A stretch of DNA of 62,184 nucleotides, filler included, from Nitrospinota bacterium (lineage in GTDB: Bacteria > JAUXIQ01): NCBI GenBank assembly GCA_030620925.1. It is 11 parts of 11 records of this genome, joined end to end, with 100 filler letters (N's around TTAATTAATTAA, not from the genome) between each part and the next. Parts side by side here need not be neighbours in the genome. Positions count along the whole stretch, not along the records: positions 18,500 to 23,401 come from JAUXIQ010000193.1; positions 23,502 to 34,058 come from JAUXIQ010000034.1; 9 more parts are not named here. One strand, written 5' to 3'. How positions within the stretch are numbered: the first letter of the stretch is position 1; each line of letters opens with the position of its first letter. The notes beneath the pieces were generated by a model. The model was not told the DNA's origin, did no database searches, and saw only the letters and a list, made by a program, of their open reading frames with translations. Both the position numbers and the translations under genes were made by a program. This document shows positions 21,891 to 29,621 of the stretch, one piece after another.

Positions 21891-22901
21891 GTGAACAAGC
21901 TCTTAACCAACGAAGTTTTTGAGCGACGCAGTGTCGGTGATGAAGGGAGCACAAACGGACGCACGGTGACGGAGGGGGATATTGTCAACTTCGCCTGCAT
22001 CACCGGAGATTTTAACTCCGTACACGTAGACGCCCACGTAACCAAAAGCTCCCCCTACGGCGGGCGAATAGCCCACGGGCTGCTGGGCGCCACCCTGGTT
22101 GCGGGTATGCTGTCCAGGGACAATCCGTGGGTCTTCGGGCATCACTGGCCCGGCGGCGTCTTCGAAGAGATAGATATCAAATATCGCGACGCCATACTCA
22201 TCGGTGATACCATTCAGATCAAGTGGAAGATAGCTTCCATGGAGGAAAACCCGGCCGGCAGCGGCCTGGGGAAAATGAGCACGGAGTTTTGGGTGGTCAA
22301 TCAGAACGGGAAGGCGGTTTACGACGGGTCTGTAAACACTTCTTTCCATGACCCCCGGAAGGAATATGAATTTAACCCCATACCCGTCGAGAGTCTGGAA
22401 CAATTCTGGGATGATCCCGACATCCAGGACCCTTATGTAGAAGTATGGTTCGAAGATTTCCAGGAAGGGAGAGGGTTCATCACCACCGGCCGTACGATGA
22501 CCGAGGCGGACGTTACCGGTTTCGCGGCCCTTTCCGGCGACTACGGAGAGCGCTACGTTAATGATGAGTTCGCCCGCGAAAGCATCTATAAGAGCAAAGT
22601 TGTCCATGAGATGATGGTGACCTCCCTGGCCTATGGGCTCATGGACAGATGCACAGCGTCGTTAAGAGGTGGTAAGGCGGTGGATAACATTTTAGGGGGG
22701 CACCTCGGCGATAGAATGAAATTTCTGGCACCGGTCAGAGTGGGAGATACAATCTGGTGCAAAAAGAAGCTGGCTTCAAAAAGGCTCTCCAAGAGCAAGC
22801 CGGACAGGGGAATCATTATTCATGACCTTGAACTGTTAAACCAGCGCGGTGAAATAGTGCAGAAGGGCCAAATAGACAGCATCGTCGGCGCGCGAGATTA
22901 G
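21891..22901 (+). CDS. Tandem MaoC (double hot-dog) dehydratase
   Basis: Two copies of RT.TE.D...FA..SGD/TGD; IAHGLL; PVRVGDT. Confidence 0.85.
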   Translation: MNKLLTNEVFERRSVGDEGSTNGRTVTEGDIVNFACITGDFNSVHVDAHVTKSSPYGGRIAHGLLGATLVAGMLSRDNPWVFGHHWPGGVFEEIDIKYRDAILIGDTIQIKWKIASMEENPAGSGLGKMSTEFWVVNQNGKAVYDGSVNTSFHDPRKEYEFNPIPVESLEQFWDDPDIQDPYVEVWFEDFQEGRGFITTGRTMTEADVTGFAALSGDYGERYVNDEFARESIYKSKVVHEMMVTSLAYGLMDRCTASLRGGKAVDNILGGHLGDRMKFLAPVRVGDTIWCKKKLASKRLSKSKPDRGIIIHDLELLNQRGEIVQKGQIDSIVGARD

Positions 22902-23098
22902 ATCGGTATACGAAAAATACCGATAAGAAGGGAAACCGGCTACCCTGCCCTTTCTTGCAATTCTTGCGGAAAACAATGATAAAGTTTCGCCAGCTTTTTT
23001 GATTTTCCTATTACCACTATTTTTATATAATCAAAGAATACTCACAAACAGTTATACCTGCTCAGGCTGCCAACCGAAATTAAGGAAGCGGAACAGAT

Positions 23099-23401
23099 AT
23101 GAAATCGCTCAGGATAGGCATGGCTCAGATTAACCCCGTCGTTGGAGACCTGGAAGGCAACACCGCGAAGATAAAGGAATACATCCGACGGGGGAAGGAG
23201 CAGGGCGTCGATCTAATCACGTTCCCTGAGCTATCCGTTTCAGGTTATCCGCCCGAGGACCTGCTCTTTAAACCCGAATTCATAGAAACCAACCTTCAAT
23301 GCTTATCCAGCATCGTGAAGAGTACTAAAGGGTTGACCGCTGTTGTGGGTTTTGTAGACATGCAGGAAGACATATATAACGCGGCGGCGGTGATACATGA
23401 C
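23099..23401 (+). CDS. nadE: Glutamine-dependent NAD+ synthetase (3'-truncated)
   Basis: AQINPVVGDLEGN, FPELSVSGYPPEDLL. Confidence 0.88.
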
Positions 23402-23501
23402 NNNNNNNNNNNNNNNNNNNNNNNNNNNNNNNNNNNNNNNNNNNNTTAATTAATTAANNNNNNNNNNNNNNNNNNNNNNNNNNNNNNNNNNNNNNNNNNN
23501 N

Positions 23502-23898
23502 AGGCCAACAGGGCCAGGGCGGCCGGAATGGGCATAAGCCCCAGGAAGGAGCCGAAGGCCGTAGCCACCCCCTTTCCCTTGGCGGTGAATCGCAGGTAAA
23601 TGGGATAGTTGTGCCCCATCACCGCCGCCAGGGGTATCGCCCCTATCCAGTCACCGGTGCCGATAATGACCCTGGCAAGGAGAACTACTCCCAGGCCCTT
23701 CACAACGTCCAGTATCAGGACGATAACCCCTTCTTTTTTCCCCACCGTCCTGATCACATTGGTGAAGCCTATGCCCCCGCTACCCTGCTGGCGGATATCG
23801 AACCCCTTGGAGGCGCGGGTGATAATATACCCGAAAGGGATCGAGCCGATCAGATAGGCTGCAACCAGAAAGACTATTTTCAACACTAATTCACTCAT
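23502..23898 (-). CDS. plsY: Glycerol-3-phosphate acyltransferase PlsY (3'-truncated)
   Basis: YLIGSIPFG, GSGGIGFTN, DVVKG, GHNYP, GKGVAT. Confidence 0.92.
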
Positions 23899-23901
23899 GG
23901 C

Positions 23902-24453
23902 TCATACACCGGGTTTTATTTTGTACCGAAACTTTATGAAGTATTGCAGGCCGGATATGCTGCTCAATACCATCACCGCCCAGAGGGCCACCGTTCCCGC
24001 CTGTTGAAAGCTGAGACCGTAAACGTTCCAATTGAGTATCAGCAACAGTATGGCCGCCACCTGGAAGACCATTTTGAGTTTACCCAGATCCTCAGCCTGA
24101 ATAATGAATCCCTGAGCGGCACCCACCGTCCGCAGGCCGGTGACGAGGATTTCCCGCCCTATGATGACCGCCACTATCCAGCCGCCGGCTCTACCCGTGG
24201 AAACCAGCGGTATGAGACACCCGGCCACCAGCAGTTTGTCGGCCACGGGGTCAAGAAGTTTACCCAGCGACGTTACCTCTTTTTTGGCCCTCGCCAGGTA
24301 TCCGTCGAGCCAGTCGGAAAAAGAGGCTAGGGCAAAGATGATGGCCGCTGCAAGGTCTGCGGCGGGGGTGGAAAGGGTCAGCAACACCACGATGGGCGGG
24401 ACCATGAACAGCCTCAAGACAGTTATTTTGGTAGGGAGGTTTAAACCAGACAT
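23902..24453 (-). CDS. pgsA: CDP-diacylglycerol--glycerol-3-phosphate 3-phosphatidyltransferase
   Basis: SDWLDGYLAR...GKLLDPVADK. Confidence 0.93.
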   Translation of the reverse strand: MSGLNLPTKITVLRLFMVPPIVVLLTLSTPAADLAAAIIFALASFSDWLDGYLARAKKEVTSLGKLLDPVADKLLVAGCLIPLVSTGRAGGWIVAVIIGREILVTGLRTVGAAQGFIIQAEDLGKLKMVFQVAAILLLILNWNVYGLSFQQAGTVALWAVMVLSSISGLQYFIKFRYKIKPGV

Positions 24454-24559
24454 TTCGTTTTTTGAATATACAAAAGACTCTGTTTAACAAGGGCCGAGTT
24501 TTAACGGCATCTACATTCTCGGGGGCGGCAACGCGCCTCACGCTCCCCAATAAAATGGC

Positions 24560-24590
24560 AAAAGGAGATATCGCCTACGATATCTCCTTT
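24560..24590. terminator. Hairpin terminator downstream of the Ala-rich lipoprotein gene
   Basis: AAAGGAGATATCG-CCTA-CGATATCTCCTTT. Confidence 0.7.
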
Positions 24591-24628
24591 CACCGGATTA
24601 AAAATCATCTTCAAATGTGGTCATTATC

Positions 24629-25873
24629 CTATTTAGTGGGCTTTTTCGCCATGGCGATTGCCTTGAACGCTGAACTCCCCGCCCTTTCCGCCAACTCTCT
24701 GGCCATGATTCCCCTGTCTCTGGCGGTAGCGTAATTCCCCTTACGCAGAGCTCTTTTAGCCCTTTGGTAAACTGATCTAGCCTGAGAAAGCTGCGTCCTG
24801 GCGGCGTTAAGTTCTGCCTGCCCGGCTCTTTCCATTTGAGAAGCTTTGGCCACCATCGCTTCAGCGGAGGTGATGGCCGCTCCTGCCGCCGATACTTCAA
24901 ATTCCGCGTCTTTTTTGGATACCTTTGATACAGGAGGTTTCTTCGCTTTCTGCAACGCTGCAAAAGCTACAGAAGCGGCCGCTTCAGCTTTTCCCCGTGC
25001 CTTACCCGCCAGATGTATAGCGCTTTTGTAACTTTCGGACTCTATCATCGACCTGGCATTTGAGGCCATCCTCTCGGCGGTTTCCAGCAACATTTCCGCT
25101 TCGCCGATATCCTTGGCAGCGGCTTTCTCCTTTTTGGCGCTGGCGATCATCCCTTTGGCGGAGGTGATGGCCGCTTCTGCGGCGGCCAGCTCGAAATCAG
25201 CCTCACGCTTGGCGGCGGCTTTAGCTTTGGCGGCTTTTTTGGCTTCGTCTGCTTTCGCTTTTGCTCCAGTTTTAGCTGCCTGTAATGCGGCGAAGGCTGC
25301 AGAACCAGCCGCCTCGGCTTTCTCCCGCGCTTTACCCGCCAGATGTATAGCGCTGACGTAACTTTCCGATTCTATCATCGACTTTGCATTGGACGCCATA
25401 CTTTCAGCGGCTTCCAGCAGGTTTTCCGCCTGGGCGATATCCTTGGCAGCGGCTTTCCCCTTTTTGGCGTTGGCGATCATCCCTTTGGCGCTGGTGATAG
25501 CCGCTCCTGCTGCTGCCAGTTCGAAGTCAGCCTCACGCTTGGCAGCGGCTCTGGCTTTTGCGTCTTTTTTATTCTCTACGGCAGCCTTCTCTGCAAGTTC
25601 AGCCAGCGCTATGGCTTCCCTTGCCGCGATCTCGGCTTCCTTGTATTTGCGTTTCTCGGCGAAGGTCAGGGCTTTATTGAGCGCGTCCTGTGCCTTCTGG
25701 TACTGTTCTTTAGCATATACATCAGCCCCCGCGGCTTTAGCCCTTTCCAGGGCAGCCTGTGCTTCTGCTATGAGCTGGGTCGGAGGAGCGGCACATCCCG
25801 CCAGTAACGATAAAACCAGGAATCCGGAAAAAATGGAAATAAGAATGCTCTTTTTACAACCTTGTTTTTTCAC
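24629..25873 (-). CDS. Ala/Lys-rich lipoprotein with DUF4398-like N-terminus and internal repeats
   Basis: Lipobox LLAGC; 110-aa repeat (AAAKREADFELAAA...). Confidence 0.75.
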   Translation of the reverse strand: MKKQGCKKSILISIFSGFLVLSLLAGCAAPPTQLIAEAQAALERAKAAGADVYAKEQYQKAQDALNKALTFAEKRKYKEAEIAAREAIALAELAEKAAVENKKDAKARAAAKREADFELAAAGAAITSAKGMIANAKKGKAAAKDIAQAENLLEAAESMASNAKSMIESESYVSAIHLAGKAREKAEAAGSAAFAALQAAKTGAKAKADEAKKAAKAKAAAKREADFELAAAEAAITSAKGMIASAKKEKAAAKDIGEAEMLLETAERMASNARSMIESESYKSAIHLAGKARGKAEAAASVAFAALQKAKKPPVSKVSKKDAEFEVSAAGAAITSAEAMVAKASQMERAGQAELNAARTQLSQARSVYQRAKRALRKGNYATARDRGIMARELAERAGSSAFKAIAMAKKPTK

Positions 25874-26154
25874 TATCAGGACCTCCTTTTTTTTCTCCTC
25901 TGATGAAAACTTATTTTTAAGTGCGAATTTTAATGTTACTTTAAGGTTTAATCCATGTCAAGTTTATTCTGTTATCAAAATAACTACAGTTTAATAATCT
26001 CCAAGCCTATTTTTTTGCACTCCAACTTCGGAATGTTGCCTGGAGCAGGTTACTCGCTGTGGAAAAATTCCCTCAACTTAGTGCTGAAAGAGGGAGCAGA
26101 ATATGATATAGATTGCCTGAAGAAGTTGTTCCTCTGCCTTTGAGGAGGCTCGCG

Positions 26155-27183
26155 GTGGATTTCGATGAATGGTTGAAGTCGTTCAAGACGGATAACATAA
26201 AACCCCTCTACATCATAGCCGCCCAGGAGTATTTTCTCACCCGGCGGGTAGTGGAGCGGATTAAGGAAGCCCTCCGGGATGAAATCCAGGGGGAGACCAA
26301 TTACAAGCGGCTGGATGGAGTTGAGGTGGGGCCGGCTGAGCTTCTGGAAGCGGTGAACACTATCCCCTTCTTCGGAAGCAGAAGATTGATTGTTTTAGAC
26401 TCCGCTTGCGCCTTCACGGACAGGCTGGGGGCCAAAGAGCGAGAGTCGCTGCGCAGCTACCTTTCCTCACCCAATCCCGCCACCACGCTGGTGATGGTCT
26501 TCGATGCCACAGACCGCAGGAAATGGACGGATAAGTACCGGAAATGGACCGTGGATATCGAGGGTCAGGGCGATTTCATAGACTGCAAGGTAATATACGA
26601 AAACCAGGTGCCGGGTTGGGTGAGGCGCATCGCCGACCACATGGGCATGAGGCTGAATCAAGACATTCTGGATTACCTCAGCCTGCATCTGGGCACAGAC
26701 ATACAGACCATCTACACGGAGCTGGAAAAACTGGCGGTCCGCGCTGCAAGAGACCCTGCGATAACCCTGAAGGATGTTCAAGAGATTGTTGGAGACAGGC
26801 GGCAGAGCGATATCTTCACTTTCCAGCATCACCTGGGGGAGGGGGACACGGCGGCGGCGCTGCAGATGCTGGACAAGCTTCTGGCCGAAGGTGAAGAGGG
26901 CCATAGGCTCCTTAACAGAATGTTCTACTATTTCAAGCAACTCATGTTGATAAAAGAACTCGATGGGCGCGGCCAGGCTTCCCCCGGAAATGTGTCCAAG
27001 ATCACCAGGAACAGGCACGGAAAGACCAACCAGATGTTCATCGAGGAGTCACGAAGGTTCAGCGAGGAAGCACTGTTAAGCGTGTTCCCGCGCCTTCTGC
27101 AGGCGGATGTAGAGCTTAAGACGGGAGGCCCCAGGGCCGATGATCTCCTGCCCCCTCTGGTGGCCGAGCTCTGCAGGCGTTAG
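26155..27183 (+). CDS. holA: DNA polymerase III delta subunit
   Basis: KPLYII..QEYF, TIPFFGSRRLIVL, ELEKL, ADVELKTG; GAGGAGG RBS before GTG. Confidence 0.88.
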   Translation: MDFDEWLKSFKTDNIKPLYIIAAQEYFLTRRVVERIKEALRDEIQGETNYKRLDGVEVGPAELLEAVNTIPFFGSRRLIVLDSACAFTDRLGAKERESLRSYLSSPNPATTLVMVFDATDRRKWTDKYRKWTVDIEGQGDFIDCKVIYENQVPGWVRRIADHMGMRLNQDILDYLSLHLGTDIQTIYTELEKLAVRAARDPAITLKDVQEIVGDRRQSDIFTFQHHLGEGDTAAALQMLDKLLAEGEEGHRLLNRMFYYFKQLMLIKELDGRGQASPGNVSKITRNRHGKTNQMFIEESRRFSEEALLSVFPRLLQADVELKTGGPRADDLLPPLVAELCRR

Positions 27184-27220
27184 CAGTCCTCCAATTTTAT
27201 GCCGGCCATCCGAATAGCGG

Positions 27221-27505
27221 CTATTCGATCTCGCTTATGGCCTTTTGAAACTCTCGGAGACAATCCAACATTATTATAGATTGAAAAGCAAGGGGAAGCT
27301 CAAAAGCCAGGCGGGCGCGTTCCTCAGGGTCTTTCGTTGCTTCTATAGTCTCGGCGGCCGAATCTATCTCCTTCTTGTTTTTTGTGCGTATCTCGGCCAG
27401 CACCTCCAATTTTTTCTTGTTGCGGGTAACTTCAGACACCAGGGCCAATACCTTCTCTTGCCCCCAGACTTCCAAGATATTTATTTTTTGATAAACATCA
27501 TTCAT
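27221..27505 (-). CDS. Hypothetical protein
   Basis: Co-oriented with rimI cluster; helical composition. Confidence 0.5.
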   Translation of the reverse strand: MNDVYQKINILEVWGQEKVLALVSEVTRNKKKLEVLAEIRTKNKKEIDSAAETIEATKDPEERARLAFELPLAFQSIIMLDCLREFQKAISEIE

Positions 27506-27535
27506 GATTTTACAGATAGTTTTAATTAATAAGCT

Positions 27536-27868
27536 TCAAGGACCGCGGACACGAACGTCCTTCACCGTTCCCCGTTGAAACTCGACCACAAGCTTTTCAT
27601 CCCCCGGGCAGCGGTAAATCCACCTTTCCTCAACCTTCGGTGATCCCTTTAATCTCTCAATTATGTCCGGGACACCCCGGGCCATGTATACCTGCGCCAC
27701 AGTCATCCCCCTCACCACCCTCTTTTCTAATATGTATGCCCTCTCCTCCCGGGAGCTGCTCTCAAAATTGTCCCTGTGAATTCCGATCCTCCTCTCCTGT
27801 AAAGTATCCGCGCAACCGACGCCGAGAGCCGCAGCAGCCAGCAGGAGCAGGGCAGAAGTCCACTTCAA
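27536..27868 (-). CDS. Small lipoprotein (SmpA/BamE-like fold)
   Basis: Lipobox VGC; GMT..QV..ARG.P, ERWIY. Confidence 0.6.
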   Translation of the reverse strand: MKWTSALLLLAAAALGVGCADTLQERRIGIHRDNFESSSREERAYILEKRVVRGMTVAQVYMARGVPDIIERLKGSPKVEERWIYRCPGDEKLVVEFQRGTVKDVRVRGP

Positions 27869-28329
27869 TGGAGGACCTCCAGGGTCATAATAAGGGCGTC
27901 TTCCCTGTTATCCGAATAGTATCCTTTTCGCATGCCCCCGGGCAGAAAGCCCAGTTTACTGTACATGCGCTGCGCCGCCATGTTGGATACCCTTACCTCG
28001 AGGGTAATGGTCTTTATCCCCCCCGCCCTGGCATCCTCCGTTATCTTTTGCAGCATCCTTTCCCCTATACCTTTGCGGCGGTGTTCAGGGTCCACCGCGA
28101 TGTTGGTTATGTGGGTTTCCTCCACTATCAGCCAGAAGCAGGTGTAGCCGATAATTTTGCTTTCGCCTTCTTCGGGTTCCGTCTCCACAACCATGGTTCC
28201 CGCAAAGGAGTTCAACAACTCATGCTTAAACAAGCTGTAGCTCCAGGGAGTGGGGAACGACTGGCGTTCAATTCTCAGAACCTGCTTCAGGTCTTTTTCT
28301 TCCATTTCCCTGAAATGAATGCTCGGCAT
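27865..28329 (-). CDS. rimI: Ribosomal protein S18 alanine N-acetyltransferase
   Basis: IERQSFPTPWS, HITNIAVDP, LEVRVSN, YYSDNREDALIM. Confidence 0.93.
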   Translation of the reverse strand: MPSIHFREMEEKDLKQVLRIERQSFPTPWSYSLFKHELLNSFAGTMVVETEPEEGESKIIGYTCFWLIVEETHITNIAVDPEHRRKGIGERMLQKITEDARAGGIKTITLEVRVSNMAAQRMYSKLGFLPGGMRKGYYSDNREDALIMTLEVLH

Positions 28330-28481
28330 AGGGCCCTCCCCCGCCCCTTTTTCTCCAGGTGAAGTGCGTTTAGTTTAACGGAGGAAAATATTGCAATAGA
28401 GATAATAATACTATATCATAGGTTATGAACGGCTAAAAACTATATTTCCTAATAGTTTTCATACAGATACGGTTAAACTTT

Positions 28482-29588
28482 ATGGGCGATGATGTCATCG
28501 GTGGTAGAAGAGTGGGAAGACTGAAGAAGGCTCTGCAAGAGCTGGAAGAAGAGAACGCCAGGCTTCGCAGGGAGTTTTCTACAAAGATACACCAGTTGCA
28601 TACGCTTAACGACACGGCCCGGGCTCTCAACTCGGTATTAAACCTGGACGTATTGTTCCGTCTTATAGTAACCCTCGCCACCCATGAGCTGGGCGCCGAT
28701 CGCGGTTCTCTCATGATACTCGAGGGAGACGCTCTGAAGATCAAGGCCGCCTTCGGCCTATCGGAGGAAGTGAAGCAGAGCACCGGCGTGAGGGCCGGAG
28801 AAGGCGTCTCCGGGAGGGTGTTGGCCACCGGCAGACCGGTGCTGGTAAAGAACAGGGAAGAACTCGACAAACTTGAAGTGAAGAGCCGGGGGCGCTACAA
28901 AAATTACTCCTTTGTAAGCGTGCCCATAATGATAGATAGAAAGTGCACAGGAGTTATAAATATAGACGAAAAGAAGTCCGGCGAACCTTTCGATGAAGGA
29001 GACCTCAACTTCCTGGAAATACTGGCCAATCATGCCGCCATCGCCATCAGGAATGCATCTATCCATCAACGGACGCAGCTCCAGGCCGTGACTGACGGGC
29101 TCTCCGGCCTGTTCAATCACCGCTATTTTCATGAAAGGCTGGCGGAAGAAATAGAGCGCTGCAAGAGGTATGGAAAAGAAGGGTTAAGCATACTCATGAT
29201 AGATATCGATGATTTCAAGCTGTTCAATGATGAATATGGACATTTGATGGGAGACCATTTGCTGAAGGGGATTTCCTCCATAATCAAATATGAATCACGA
29301 GTATCAGACATCGTCTCCCGATATGGCGGAGAAGAGTTCGCCGTCATCTTGCCCGAAACCGGAGAAAAAGAGAGTATGATAATTGCCGAAAGGCTGCGCT
29401 TCCTGGTGGAAACACATGATTTTTCGATGGCAGACGTCAAGCCCAAAGAGAGAGTGACCCTGAGCATAGGCGTATCACACTATCCCCAACACGCCGATTC
29501 CCCCTCCCTGATCATAGATCGAGCCGACAAAGCACTCTATATGGCTAAACAATCCGGTAAGAATCAAGTGTGCCTGTACGAAGAATAG
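28482..29588 (+). CDS. GAF-GGDEF diguanylate cyclase
   Basis: TDGLSGLFN, DIDDFKLFND, RVSD I-site, RYGGEEF. Confidence 0.92.
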   Translation: MGDDVIGGRRVGRLKKALQELEEENARLRREFSTKIHQLHTLNDTARALNSVLNLDVLFRLIVTLATHELGADRGSLMILEGDALKIKAAFGLSEEVKQSTGVRAGEGVSGRVLATGRPVLVKNREELDKLEVKSRGRYKNYSFVSVPIMIDRKCTGVINIDEKKSGEPFDEGDLNFLEILANHAAIAIRNASIHQRTQLQAVTDGLSGLFNHRYFHERLAEEIERCKRYGKEGLSILMIDIDDFKLFNDEYGHLMGDHLLKGISSIIKYESRVSDIVSRYGGEEFAVILPETGEKESMIIAERLRFLVETHDFSMADVKPKERVTLSIGVSHYPQHADSPSLIIDRADKALYMAKQSGKNQVCLYEE

Positions 29589-29621
29589 AAGTCTGGAAGT
29601 GAGAAGCGGGGATGAAGCAAA

